Positions 27,740 to 38,259 of a DNA stretch of 64,000 bases are shown in pieces (position 1 is the stretch's first letter; every line of letters begins with the position of its first letter). The DNA is from a virus. Taxonomy: Duplodnaviria; Heunggongvirae; Uroviricota; Caudoviricetes. The translations under genes and the position numbers were made by a program. The notes under the pieces are model-generated. The model saw only the letters and a program-made list of their open reading frames with translations, had not been told where the DNA came from and ran no database searches. The stretch spans positions 96,001 to 160,000 of the IMG/VR virus record IMGVR_UViG_3300044557_000292; one strand, given 5' to 3'.

Positions 27740-27847
27740 ATGCTCCTATGATTGATCTTCAACCATCATGAATCTAACCATCCGGTATCGGTGGTCATTG
27801 ATTCTATTCTTAAAGAGCGCATAGGCGGGAGTGGCGGTGAGCAGGAG

Positions 27848-27941
27848 CGTCATTCAGACGTATTCTAACGCGCCATAGACGCTCGACCCTGCTTTGTGCG
27901 TGTTTTTTATTCAATAGATCTACGGGTTGTTAGAATGCATC
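27848..27941. repeat. Palindromic repeat R2, copy 2 (inverted)
   Basis: Reverse complement of 25392-25485 with a 31-nt identical core. Confidence 0.88.
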
Positions 27942-28026
27942 CTCCGCATTCTAGTAGTTTCACTGAAACTGATGCTTGGTTATAAGCGTCCATTCAGTCT
28001 AAGAGGAATATCTGAGGTTGATTACC

Positions 28027-28995
28027 TTACAGCTTCTTAATGTTGTCCACCTGATGCTTAGCAATCCAAATGCCGAGTAGGTAGAGGGCGATAACCACGA
28101 GGAGTAGAACCCAACTCAGAAGGCTATGGAACCAGAAGCTCTTTGCTATCGGCTGAGCTAGGTACGTGTACAAGAACATTCCAGGGATGAATATCGACGC
28201 CACCCATATGGTGGGCATGATGGACGCAACAGCCTTATCAAGGTGTCTGGTTACTTCCATCCTAGCCTCAACGACCCCCTGGATGATAGCAAGCTGATCC
28301 TTAATGTCTTTACCGGACTCATCAGCCATGATGACGCAGGCGATGAAGAACCGTAGTTCTTCAATAGAGGTAGAGTTATAGAAGTCCCATAATACGGTCT
28401 TCAACTGGCCGCCTGCCTGCAGATTGTCCTCCATTGGCTTCAATTCTTCATGAAGCTCATTCGGAGTAGTCCCTATCGCCTGGATGAGAGACGCCTGGAG
28501 GGATCCACTAGCATCGTTGGCAGCTCCGAATGCGGATAGGAATTCCGGCACCTGACCAGATAAGGTCTTCTGCTTCCTCTCGGCAAGGAATCCAAGCGCG
28601 GCAGCCGCGACCACGTTAGATGCAACTACCACTAGCAATGCGCCGAAGATCGACCCCTGAAAGAGCAGGGTGAGAACTGCTAAGAGGCCAAGATCAAAAT
28701 AGATTATGATCTTACCAGCATTATTCCTATTAGCCGCCATAAAGTTGACACCGGAGTCAACCAGACGCTTCTCCCAGTACCGATCCCACTTGAGAACAAG
28801 ATTAGACTTCTTCTTTTTAACAGCGCCTGCTTCCGGCAACAACTGCTCATCAAACTGCTTCTCAAGAGCAAGCTTGTTCGAGTATCGTAACCAATACGTC
28901 TGTATGGTCGTATAGATAAGCATGATAAGCCCAACTACGGCCACGGCCACGGCTATCTCTACAAGAATGATAGCATTATTACTCACAATATTCAT
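28027..28995 (-). CDS. tadB: Tad/T2SS-F inner-membrane platform protein (TadB-like)
   Basis: TM pattern, QVPEFL..ASGSL..I..ELHEEL..ESGKDI..L; adjacent to a CpaF ATPase. Confidence 0.8.
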   Translation of the reverse strand: MNIVSNNAIILVEIAVAVAVVGLIMLIYTTIQTYWLRYSNKLALEKQFDEQLLPEAGAVKKKKSNLVLKWDRYWEKRLVDSGVNFMAANRNNAGKIIIYFDLGLLAVLTLLFQGSIFGALLVVVASNVVAAAALGFLAERKQKTLSGQVPEFLSAFGAANDASGSLQASLIQAIGTTPNELHEELKPMEDNLQAGGQLKTVLWDFYNSTSIEELRFFIACVIMADESGKDIKDQLAIIQGVVEARMEVTRHLDKAVASIMPTIWVASIFIPGMFLYTYLAQPIAKSFWFHSLLSWVLLLVVIALYLLGIWIAKHQVDNIKKL

Positions 28996-29030
28996 GACAG
29001 GAAGATATCAAGGGCGCGTTGATTGGATCC

Positions 29031-30641
29031 TCAGAGCTTGCTTGGGATCTTGGTGGCAACACCGTTCGGGAATCCTTCAAGCTTCACGCAGTCATCCCAC
29101 GTGAAGTCTGGGAGGAAGTTGATTCTGTGCCTGTTCGTGGTCAAGGGCGTAAGACTCCCGACCTTCTCATACTCACCAATGATCTTTCCATTGCTGGCCA
29201 CTCCAGTCTGCTTGTACTGCCATATCGGGAACGTGGCGACAGATGACTCGCCGGTAGTCTTGTTCTTACGAGCGAAGGAGTCAATCTCGCTGATGCTCAT
29301 GACCTTACGTGAGCCATCTGACAGGCGGTCAAGATACACGATGAGATCGAATGCCGATGCGATCATTGGGAGCGCAGCCGGGCCGCTTATCTCACCGCCC
29401 ATGGATATCAGGTTGGTGAGACGAACGATAGCGTCATCAGGTCCATTCGCGTGGATGGTTGAGTACACGTTATGACCAGTGTTCGCAGCGTCAACAAGAT
29501 CATATGCAGCCTGATCCCTGACCTCACCGATCACCACGATATCGGGCGCCATTCGAAGGGTCATCTTAACGTGATTACGAATACTGAATCCTCCATCACC
29601 GGCCTTATTCGGCTCACGCTTCTCACCGCCAGGAACCTTGAACGGCTTATTTGGGTTCAGCTCAAGCTCAAGGACGTCCTCTATCGTCATGATCCTAGCA
29701 TCATTCGGGAATAATCCTGAAAGAGCGTCAAGGAATGACGTCTTACCAGACCCAGTCTCACCGATGACTAGTATCGACAGTCTTGCATTCACCCACTTGG
29801 CGAGATCACACCACATGGCCTTACTGCACGTTCCCCACTTGTCAAGCTGCGTGATCGTGAAATACTCAGACGGGTGACGCCTGATTGATACAAGCGGTCC
29901 ACCTGGAACAATGTCTGTTGACGCGATGGCCACACGAGAGAGATCACGTAGACGAGCGTCGACGTACGGATTCTTCGTATCAATGTGAAGATCTGTACGA
30001 TTCGCCTGACGGAGAATACTATCACAGAATGACATCACGTGATTAGCGTCCTTGAACTTGGCGGCCCGCACGATCCTCTTCTTGCCATTCACCGATATTC
30101 GCACACGATCAGGGCCGTCGATCCATACCTCTTCCACGTTCAACTTGCCATCAGTATTATTCCATATCGGCTCAATGATACCCAGACCTAAGATCTCGTT
30201 GACTACTAGCTGGTACGCGATGCCGACGTCCAACTGTCGACCGCTCACATACATGGCAGAACCAGATGTGACTGTCGTGAAGTATTCTGACGCCATCGTC
30301 CTGATTCTGGACACTCCACGCTCATAATCCTGCTGCCCCCGCTTCGTCCCCCTATCAGCAGAAGATGCGGCCGCCATCAATTCCGTGATATTCCTATTAG
30401 ACGCCTCAGAGTAAATCCAATCCACACAGTTAAGAACAGTCTCCCAGTACGGCTTGATGAAATTCTCATCAGCTGTCATGAGAGTTTTCAGATCAATCTG
30501 CCGGATGTTATCATCATTACCTCCTGGTAATAGCTTCTTCCTGATAATGTTATGCTCGGATAAATCAATCTGCGATTCAATTCTATCGGGCTTGTCCATC
30601 CTGTTAGACAGACCCCTCTTAAAACCCCTATCAATAGCCAT
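29031..30641 (-). CDS. tadA: TadA/CpaF (VirB11-family) secretion ATPase
   Basis: PYVDARL, SIRR, GETGSGKTS, TIEDVLEL, LRMAPDIVVIGEVR, NTGH..STIHAN. Confidence 0.93.
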   Translation of the reverse strand: MAIDRGFKRGLSNRMDKPDRIESQIDLSEHNIIRKKLLPGGNDDNIRQIDLKTLMTADENFIKPYWETVLNCVDWIYSEASNRNITELMAAASSADRGTKRGQQDYERGVSRIRTMASEYFTTVTSGSAMYVSGRQLDVGIAYQLVVNEILGLGIIEPIWNNTDGKLNVEEVWIDGPDRVRISVNGKKRIVRAAKFKDANHVMSFCDSILRQANRTDLHIDTKNPYVDARLRDLSRVAIASTDIVPGGPLVSIRRHPSEYFTITQLDKWGTCSKAMWCDLAKWVNARLSILVIGETGSGKTSFLDALSGLFPNDARIMTIEDVLELELNPNKPFKVPGGEKREPNKAGDGGFSIRNHVKMTLRMAPDIVVIGEVRDQAAYDLVDAANTGHNVYSTIHANGPDDAIVRLTNLISMGGEISGPAALPMIASAFDLIVYLDRLSDGSRKVMSISEIDSFARKNKTTGESSVATFPIWQYKQTGVASNGKIIGEYEKVGSLTPLTTNRHRINFLPDFTWDDCVKLEGFPNGVATKIPSKL

Positions 30642-30700
30642 ATAATATGGATATGCGTGATCTACTCAATCCTTGGCTCTATAAGACTAGAGTATGGGGG

Positions 30701-31777
30701 CTAGTTCCCTAGGCTATCAAGCCTCTTGTACATGACGTCAGGATCGTACAGATTGAACTTACCGACATCAGAGAGATTCTCATTATCTAGGTAGAATGCC
30801 GGTATCACCTCAACCGAGTTCTTATTCGTCATGATTCTTGCCCACTGAATGAACGATCCTGCCTTAATAGAGTTCTTCGTGATCGAGCTCTCCTTGGAAT
30901 CAGTCTTCATCCCGTCATTCTTCAAAGTGTCAACAGTGTTCAGAATTGATTTCACCATGTCATCAGAATTACCGAACGTGCTGGTATCAACGTCAATAAG
31001 ATCTTTAATAGCCACCCACGTGAAGCTAGGATCATTATAGTCAATCTCACCAAGAGCCTCGGTCGCGAGCGCAGAATACTCACTACTCGTGAGTAGTAGG
31101 CATACTTCAGTTGACAGGGTTCCCTTCTTCATAGCGTATGAGAGCGTTGAGGCCTGCTCGTCAAGGAAGTTTCTTGATTTATCATCACCAAGCGAGAGCA
31201 CGACCTTGGCGTGATGTGCTGGATTACTACCAGAGCCCTTGAAGACAAAGCAGCTTGTTGATGATGATCTTCCAATATCATCATTACTAGGGAGGTTAGC
31301 GTATTTGATCGAGTACTGATTCTCATTCACGTCAAGATCATCAACAATTTTCTTATTCAACTTGCCACTCTTCCATGAGTGATCATACGTGACGATCTTG
31401 GATGTACCTATCTTATTCGCCTGAGATTCTTGTATGGCTGGTAGCACTAGTTTGAACCATGAGACCGGTCCTCCTATGGCCAGCGCGAAGGTTAGAGCAA
31501 TCACGATGAGACGCCATGACCAGAAGAATTCCTTTACCGTGATTCTGCGAGTAGATCCGGGGGCGCTTTTTCCATTCACGTCGCTTGAGACGTCTGTCCC
31601 GGCAGTTTCAGGAGAATCGGGATCATGATTTTCGTCAGCTGCACTGTTTGTGGAATCATCCCCGTCTTGTGGATCTTCAGGGCTAGAAGACCTCACAGCA
31701 TCATCCGTGTCTTCATCCATGTTCTCATCTCCATTTACAAGATCATTAGCCATCTTACCATTCTCCTTAATGGTCAC
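30701..31777 (-). CDS. Membrane-anchored protein, possible degenerate DsbA/thioredoxin fold
   Basis: Single TM; C-terminal VEVIPAFYLDNENL resembles the DsbA cis-Pro loop; no CxxC. Confidence 0.45.
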   Translation of the reverse strand: MTIKENGKMANDLVNGDENMDEDTDDAVRSSSPEDPQDGDDSTNSAADENHDPDSPETAGTDVSSDVNGKSAPGSTRRITVKEFFWSWRLIVIALTFALAIGGPVSWFKLVLPAIQESQANKIGTSKIVTYDHSWKSGKLNKKIVDDLDVNENQYSIKYANLPSNDDIGRSSSTSCFVFKGSGSNPAHHAKVVLSLGDDKSRNFLDEQASTLSYAMKKGTLSTEVCLLLTSSEYSALATEALGEIDYNDPSFTWVAIKDLIDVDTSTFGNSDDMVKSILNTVDTLKNDGMKTDSKESSITKNSIKAGSFIQWARIMTNKNSVEVIPAFYLDNENLSDVGKFNLYDPDVMYKRLDSLGN

Positions 31778-33030
31778 GCTTCGTCTAGGACGGAGTCCTG
31801 CCCCTGCTTGATGAGTCTCCTCGTCTCCTCGGCAACCTTATCCCTAATGTCATCGTGCAGACGCTTGTACTCATCGCTATCAGTAAGCCACGCGTTGAAC
31901 TGCTCAGATATCGTTCCAGTCGGCTGACCGAGACGAACAATCGAATCACCCTCCTCGGGATCATCATTGCTCTTCAACGCTAATCCCCATGTGAGTGCAC
32001 GACTGGAAAGATCTAGTATGGTCTTATTGTCAATAGCGCGTTTCTTCTCGGGGGAGATGTTCACGACCCTTTGGCGTAGGATTGGGGCGGTCGCCCAAGC
32101 ATTAGGATCGTCCTTCTGATCATCAAGAGTCGTGTTCAGGTTGTCCACAATCAGGTCTGTCACGTCTGATGCGGTAAGATCAGACGCGTCGATGATCGGG
32201 AAGTCAACCTGTGGACGTTCTGCTACCACCTTGAACTCTGGTATCATCTTCCCATCGGATAGAACAATCCACTTTGTCCATCCGCGTTGCAGCATATCGG
32301 CCTTATCGGAGAATCCCCTCCGTAGAATGGAACCGTTATAATATGTTCTTAACCCTGCCGTATCATGGACGCCATCACTGCTTCCAACGAACCCGCGCTC
32401 ATGGATGTGCCCTAACAAGCGATAATTCCAATTCCTCCCCTCAACGATTTCATCTGGAATCACGACCTCGCGGGGGGATGCCTCGGTATGGAGCGCTAGC
32501 TTCGTGATTGGATCAATAACGCTTCCATGGGTTGAGAAGATGTTGATCGCGTTAGGGTTCGGCTTGATTGAATCCCACGTACTGGCCTGCTCCTGGTACA
32601 GGTGGTGGCTGACCATGTGGAGTAGGACTCCCGGGGCGATCTCGTGTACAGCGTAAGCCTCCCAGTGCGCGTAGATATGACGCTCGGGATCATTAAGCAG
32701 GGCGGTTCCTGCTATCTCTGACTTCACGTCACTCACGTCATGATTCCCAGTGAGGATATAGACTGATATTCCGGCATCAGCGAGTCTTCTGAATTCCCTC
32801 TGCGCGAAGGCGGCCGTCCTCACTGACGGGGTCGGGGTATGGAAGACATCCCCAGCTACCAGAACAGCATTGATCGTACCGTCAGATATGATGTCTTTGA
32901 CGATCGTCTTGAAGGCGAGATACCCGTCGACCTCACGCCAGTTCACTCCATGCTTGTTCGTCTTATGACCGGAATGGTATCCTAGGTGAAGATCAGAAAG
33001 ATGCGCGATCGTTATCAAACCATTGTCCAT
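31774..33030 (-). CDS. sbcD: SbcD/Mre11 metallophosphoesterase nuclease
   Basis: SDLHLG, AGDVFH, GNHD, THG, LGHIH, YNGS. Confidence 0.93.
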   Translation of the reverse strand: MDNGLITIAHLSDLHLGYHSGHKTNKHGVNWREVDGYLAFKTIVKDIISDGTINAVLVAGDVFHTPTPSVRTAAFAQREFRRLADAGISVYILTGNHDVSDVKSEIAGTALLNDPERHIYAHWEAYAVHEIAPGVLLHMVSHHLYQEQASTWDSIKPNPNAINIFSTHGSVIDPITKLALHTEASPREVVIPDEIVEGRNWNYRLLGHIHERGFVGSSDGVHDTAGLRTYYNGSILRRGFSDKADMLQRGWTKWIVLSDGKMIPEFKVVAERPQVDFPIIDASDLTASDVTDLIVDNLNTTLDDQKDDPNAWATAPILRQRVVNISPEKKRAIDNKTILDLSSRALTWGLALKSNDDPEEGDSIVRLGQPTGTISEQFNAWLTDSDEYKRLHDDIRDKVAEETRRLIKQGQDSVLDEA

Positions 33031-33056
33031 AATGAGTATGGTACCTATGCGTCTTG

Positions 33057-34187
33057 TTACTGTTCTCTTGGGGAGATCACGCGTCTGAACTGCACCCAGT
33101 TACCACTCAGATTAGATGTCAAGTCCCTATCACTGATCGTGTTCATGGCATCAGCTATAGCCGGTATGGATCTTCCCTCGCTACTAGACCAGGCGATGTG
33201 CTCGAACGGGCTCATGTGCCCGTCACGAAGCAGGCGTTCACCAAGACCAATTTCTTTATTCCTCGCGGAATCACGATTCACGTATGATATCCTCGCGCAT
33301 TCCGAAGCAGATTCAAGGAGCTTCCCCTTTAATGACTCCCATGATGAGAGATCAGATTCTGTTATGGACACGAATGGAGCGTGAATTACCTCATGCTTGA
33401 GGACGTGACGGTCAAGACTTGCGTCCATTACAGCCCTCATGAGGATGGCTATTGCCTTGACCTCCGGCTGCGCATGGTCGCTGATCCTTAGATCATAGAA
33501 GTTCTTCCAGTACGTTGACGTGACCACGGTCTCATGCCACATCCAAGGCTCGATGAGCCTGTTCGCGTCTTGCTTGTGGATGTCAGACCAATCTACTGGT
33601 ATCTCATCATTCTTATAGGCCGTCTGGTACCGATTCACATAACTAGACCAATCCTCTATTCGGAAGTAGTCTGTGACGATCTTTTGATTCATGAGTAGGC
33701 GGAGTAGATTAGCGACAGCGTCATCTCTTGACTTGAGCCATTGTCTGGTTGCGGTCATGGCCTCATTCGTGCTGGAATATGATCCACCCATTCCCTTATG
33801 ATTCCGTGTCCAGAGTGGTATGAACGGATCTTCAACGACCGGCTTGATGGTGGCCTTAATGCTCCTAGCCCTGCTACTCGCACTATTACGGCTGAAGGCA
33901 CGATGCGTGTTGAACTCTGGGAGAATGATCCTAGGATACTTTACGACCATTGTGGTCACTCTACTCGGCGTTATGAGGTCTTCGCTGTCTCCCGGATCAT
34001 GATCAATGCTATCAGACACGATTAGAGCTTTGTATCCCCTCAGAACGGGATCTTCATACGTTGCCTGGATCGTTGACCCATAATCCTCATTCCAAGGGTC
34101 TCTCACCTCTTCTATCTTCACGCTATCGAAAATCGGTCCAACCGTACCCCTACGATCATATAACCGTACTATCTCATCCTTATTCAA
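33057..34187 (-). CDS. thyX: FAD-dependent thymidylate synthase (ThyX-like, phage-type)
   Basis: EFNTHRAFSRNSASSRA, HKQDANRLIEPW, NFYDLR..AQPE, ARISY, GHMSPFEH. Confidence 0.82.
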   Translation of the reverse strand: MNKDEIVRLYDRRGTVGPIFDSVKIEEVRDPWNEDYGSTIQATYEDPVLRGYKALIVSDSIDHDPGDSEDLITPSRVTTMVVKYPRIILPEFNTHRAFSRNSASSRARSIKATIKPVVEDPFIPLWTRNHKGMGGSYSSTNEAMTATRQWLKSRDDAVANLLRLLMNQKIVTDYFRIEDWSSYVNRYQTAYKNDEIPVDWSDIHKQDANRLIEPWMWHETVVTSTYWKNFYDLRISDHAQPEVKAIAILMRAVMDASLDRHVLKHEVIHAPFVSITESDLSSWESLKGKLLESASECARISYVNRDSARNKEIGLGERLLRDGHMSPFEHIAWSSSEGRSIPAIADAMNTISDRDLTSNLSGNWVQFRRVISPREQ

Positions 34188-35130
34188 TGGTTTGTGCTCC
34201 TTTCCTATCTGTTGTAGTGAACTGGTTCAACGGCGGTATCCAAATGTCAGTCGTGAGGCCGTAATCATCGGAATACGGTATACCGCTGTCTGTGGTATTA
34301 TTCCCGTTAAGATCAATGGTCAACGGTGTGCCCTCACGTCCGAACACGTCACCGTACGCTAGGAAATAAGTATGACGACGAGGTCTTACAAGACTGGGTA
34401 TCTTAATGCTATCGTCAAAGACACTTGTCTGCCTCTCCGTGTTCCCATCAGTGTGATCATTCCCATGGAGAATCTTCCAAACGTCAGTCCATCCGCTTGG
34501 ATACACCCCATCCCTCGTCACTCGGCCCAATAGTAGCCTCACGCTCTCATTGGCATCATCAGCATGAAGATCGGCCGCCATGTACATGAGGCCATTCTTA
34601 TAATCCGGGTCTTTGATCTTACGAACGTACGCGTCCTTCACGATGAGGTTCGCCAGTTTGACACGATGCACCTCAAAGAATGTTCCACGTATTGACTCGA
34701 AGTTATAGAGACGAACCATTCTACCGTTATCATAATAAGCGTCAACCAGACAGTCGGGGGCTAACTCAACCTGTTTACCGTTCGTCTCTGACATCATGCG
34801 TATCTCAGATCTCTCGCGGACATCTAGATCTGAATCTACCGCAGTCACGTTGCAGTAATTGAACCTGCTGTCGTTTTGACTGTGATGGAGCTTGTACCCG
34901 TTACTGGCGATCTCCGACAGCACTGACGGCGCGTCCATCCTCACCCCCTGGACGAAGATGACAGCAGGTCTGAACTTGTCCTTAACCGTCCTGTGAACGT
35001 ACTCGTTAGCTCTCTCCTCGTACATTGGAAGATGAGGCGCAAGATCAATGCTGACCATTCTCCTCACATCGTCACGATCAATCCCAAGATCTTCAGCGCT
35101 TAAACTCACATCATACTCCAATTCCCTCAA
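34180..35130 (-). CDS. Degenerate endonuclease/exonuclease/phosphatase (EEP)-fold protein
   Basis: PAVIFVQGV, MAADLH, WTDVW, YSDDYGL match EEP motifs with catalytic substitutions; start codon uncertain. Confidence 0.5.
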   Translation of the reverse strand: MRELEYDVSLSAEDLGIDRDDVRRMVSIDLAPHLPMYEERANEYVHRTVKDKFRPAVIFVQGVRMDAPSVLSEIASNGYKLHHSQNDSRFNYCNVTAVDSDLDVRERSEIRMMSETNGKQVELAPDCLVDAYYDNGRMVRLYNFESIRGTFFEVHRVKLANLIVKDAYVRKIKDPDYKNGLMYMAADLHADDANESVRLLLGRVTRDGVYPSGWTDVWKILHGNDHTDGNTERQTSVFDDSIKIPSLVRPRRHTYFLAYGDVFGREGTPLTIDLNGNNTTDSGIPYSDDYGLTTDIWIPPLNQFTTTDRKGAQTIE

Positions 35131-35252
35131 TGCTAATGCACGTTACAAACGATATGACCCACATTGAATTGACGTTCAATCGTAATCCACTTGAAAGATA
35201 TGGTTAAGACGAGCTTTCAAGAACTGAACTACGATCACTATTCCAACGTCTC

Positions 35253-36023
35253 CTACTCGTCATGATCAGAAATCCCGTCAGGCTCATTCCTTATCATGAG
35301 CCTCCTGGCCTTAGGTTGGAGCCGCTCGACCAGCGGTTTGAATTCCTGGAGCACCCATGCGTTTGATGACATGACGAGGATAAGATTCACGGTGCCTATA
35401 GCGTTGACCGTGTCGATAAGCGTTGTATAACAGTCACTACGATTCTTAGCATCATACCCAGTCATCTGCCCGCAGGAATCTATCATGAGTATTCTTCTAC
35501 CCTTAGTGAGCTTGTCAAGAGTCTTCTTCCTCGTAGAGAACCCGTAGAGATCTCCCAGTATCGAGCTTTCCTGCACGCACACGATCTCATGCTCTGGATC
35601 GGTAATGAGATCGGTGGTTCTAACAATCTGGTCGATGTACGCATACGCAGCCCAGGTCTTACCCTTGACGGCCCTTCTATGCGTCTTCCCATCATCACCG
35701 ACATACTTGATGGTCTCAGAGCTAATGGCAAGGTGACGTGGAATCTCAGGATCGTCATGGATCATCTGCGACAGGTCTTTCATGACGCTGGCGGCATGAT
35801 CATCATACTCGCTGACGGCATCTAGGGTAGCTCCACGATAAAGCACTGGGACCATGAGCTTCCAATCGTCAAGAGCATGTCCAGATTCCTCCGCACGCTC
35901 ATCCCTGAGGATATGGGAGATATCCTCATCTTGTCTTGCCTTCCACTTCATGAAGTCTTCATGATTAATGGGGGGTCTTACGTAGATCTCATCACCGTCA
36001 AACGTGACCCTACCCATAATCAA
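35253..36023 (-). CDS. Possible DnaC/IstB-like helicase loader (degenerate P-loop)
   Basis: YRGATLD, KGKTWAAYA, ILMIDSCG, MSSN; in the dnaB operon. Confidence 0.45.
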   Translation of the reverse strand: MIMGRVTFDGDEIYVRPPINHEDFMKWKARQDEDISHILRDERAEESGHALDDWKLMVPVLYRGATLDAVSEYDDHAASVMKDLSQMIHDDPEIPRHLAISSETIKYVGDDGKTHRRAVKGKTWAAYAYIDQIVRTTDLITDPEHEIVCVQESSILGDLYGFSTRKKTLDKLTKGRRILMIDSCGQMTGYDAKNRSDCYTTLIDTVNAIGTVNLILVMSSNAWVLQEFKPLVERLQPKARRLMIRNEPDGISDHDE

Positions 36024-36427
36024 TCATCCTCCCCGTTAATGATCCACATGATCGTATCGTAATCCATATCCTCCAGTTTACCGGTTGGAAGCCTGGAACG
36101 ATCATAAAGCCTTGATCCCCTAGCATACGTGAACTGATTGATCTCCATCCTATTCTCAATAATCCAGAACGTCACCCTGGTGAACTTGAGATCACTCCAA
36201 TCACCGTCAATGAGGAATTTCCTGTACATTCTCTCCAGCATGAGATTAGAAGTGTCATACGATCCATCCGGTCCAGCGTACGGTCCCATGAATGATGCGT
36301 ATATAGACCCACCCTCAGCCTTCTGGAATCTTCCTATGAACGCCTTGCAACGATCATCGTCATTCCTTATGGTAACGTCTGGGAACAATGGAGAGGTCAT
36401 TGACCTCTTGTAGTACGGGTCACTCAT
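36020..36427 (-). CDS. Hypothetical protein in the dnaB operon
   Basis: Start and stop overlap both neighbours. Confidence 0.7.
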   Translation of the reverse strand: MSDPYYKRSMTSPLFPDVTIRNDDDRCKAFIGRFQKAEGGSIYASFMGPYAGPDGSYDTSNLMLERMYRKFLIDGDWSDLKFTRVTFWIIENRMEINQFTYARGSRLYDRSRLPTGKLEDMDYDTIMWIINGEDD

Positions 36428-37953
36428 CAGAAGTCCTCCTCATCGTCAAAAACATCCATATCAGAATCATCTATCTCAGAGTCATGATCATTGTCATTTG
36501 ATTCATCTTGAGGAGGATCGTTCTGTTCTATACGCGACTCTCCATCTGGATCTCCGTCTGTCCCACTAGACTCCCGTTCGTCATGATCATCAAGATCTCC
36601 ATCCACCTGCTCGGTGACCTCAACGAACTTAGCATACTTGAGGAGCGTGTGGCACTTGAAGAAGATTCCATCCTTACCATTCCTGTTCTTATCAATCACG
36701 AAGGTTGCATCAGAGTCAGTCTTAGCCTCGCTCTTGGTTCTGTGGATGAGGATGACAACAGATGAATCCATCGCTATCTGGTTAGTCCCTCTAATATCAT
36801 CACGACGAGGCATGGCGTCTTCCTCGCCCTTAGCGAGGCGATTCACCATGGTCGCCTGGACAATTGGGACCTTGAGCTGCATGGATAGCAGTTTGATTCC
36901 ACGAGAAATGTCAGCAAGCTCCTCCTCACGACTACTCCTATGAGAACCAGCACTAGCCGATATGAGTTGAAGGTAATCAATCACGATTATTCCAAGACCG
37001 GTCTCACTGCTTGCCATTTGCTGAGCCCTTGCTCTGATATGATCAATGGTAATGTTAGGGGTAGAGTCCAGAACTATTGGGAGGCTTTTGATCTCTTCTG
37101 CTGACGCCATCACCTTCTGGTACTCCTCATCACTGAGAGACCCGTTCTTCAATGCGCTCAAGCGAACATTAGAATTAGCCGCGACGATACGGTTCATGAC
37201 CTCAGACGGAAGCATCTCAAGATTGAAGAAGAGAACTGGCGCGTTCGCGTGGGCTGCATTCAACGCTAGATCTGCCAGGAGGAAAGATTTTCCTATACCA
37301 GTTCTAGCACCTATGGTTATGACCTGCCCGGGAAGGAATCCTCCAACATAACGATCAATGGTCGGGAAACCAGCAGGTATCCCCTTCTGTGCTGCAATCG
37401 GATTATCACCGAACTTCTTGTACAGATCCATCTTATCAGAAAGATTCTTCGTATAATCGTCAAAGTAGTCTGACACGTTGACCACGTTAGACTCATTGGC
37501 GAGCTTTAATAACTCCCCATCAAGAGCTTTCCTCCCCGTCTCAATGAGCTTCTTAGCGTTTCCACCCGAATGCTTCACCTTGGTTGAGAGATCTTCGAAG
37601 ATCGGGGTGAGATTCCGCTTCGCTGACTCATTCTTCACGACCTGCGCGTAGATCTCCACCGTCCCCATGCTAGCATTGAGCGCCCCGTCATTGAAGAGTC
37701 TCTGCACCTCCTCGACCCCGCCGGCCTGGGCGAGAGCATCGTGCATGTGAATGTCAGACAGAATGTTAGCATAGTCGATCGGCCTGTCATGACGATCAAG
37801 GTCAACGATGGCCTTCCATATGGTCTTGAGTCTACCGTCCTCAAAATCGTCCTCGGTGATGAGGTCAATGACGTCTTTAACTCTCCCCGGAAGGTACAGT
37901 AAGGAGCTGATTAGCCCGTTCTGGGCTTCATCGTATGCCGTCAAATTTGTCAT
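36427..37953 (-). CDS. dnaB: Replicative DNA helicase
   Basis: DnaB N-domain, GARTGIGKS, FNLEM, VIDYLQLI, ISRGIKLL, DKNRNG; GGTAATAT-N7-ATG start. Confidence 0.95.
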   Translation of the reverse strand: MTNLTAYDEAQNGLISSLLYLPGRVKDVIDLITEDDFEDGRLKTIWKAIVDLDRHDRPIDYANILSDIHMHDALAQAGGVEEVQRLFNDGALNASMGTVEIYAQVVKNESAKRNLTPIFEDLSTKVKHSGGNAKKLIETGRKALDGELLKLANESNVVNVSDYFDDYTKNLSDKMDLYKKFGDNPIAAQKGIPAGFPTIDRYVGGFLPGQVITIGARTGIGKSFLLADLALNAAHANAPVLFFNLEMLPSEVMNRIVAANSNVRLSALKNGSLSDEEYQKVMASAEEIKSLPIVLDSTPNITIDHIRARAQQMASSETGLGIIVIDYLQLISASAGSHRSSREEELADISRGIKLLSMQLKVPIVQATMVNRLAKGEEDAMPRRDDIRGTNQIAMDSSVVILIHRTKSEAKTDSDATFVIDKNRNGKDGIFFKCHTLLKYAKFVEVTEQVDGDLDDHDERESSGTDGDPDGESRIEQNDPPQDESNDNDHDSEIDDSDMDVFDDEEDF

Positions 37954-38046
37954 AATCTCCATATTACCATTTCATCGCGTCATGACGGTATTTTTCCTGG
38001 AAGATCTCCCGTAGGTCGGTTTTTATAGAACACATCGTCATGGCTA

Positions 38047-38174
38047 AGATTCAACTATGTTCAGAATGTAACGGTCTACTATGATTCTAGTGATAGTCTG
38101 AGCGGACATTCCCGAAAAAGCTACTTTGTGTATAACGCAACTTCCTGAGGACTAAACCGCTTTAGAATCACGAG
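38047..38174 (+). repeat. ~128-bp intergenic repeat R1, copy 2
   Basis: 22 mismatches over 122 nt against 59246-59367 by hand count, no gaps. Confidence 0.9.
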
Positions 38175-38259
38175 AATCAGTTATTTAGAACTATATTGTC
38201 CTCGCTATCGTCTATAAAGACGTGATGATCTTTTAACCCATTAGCAAAGAACATTCTAA

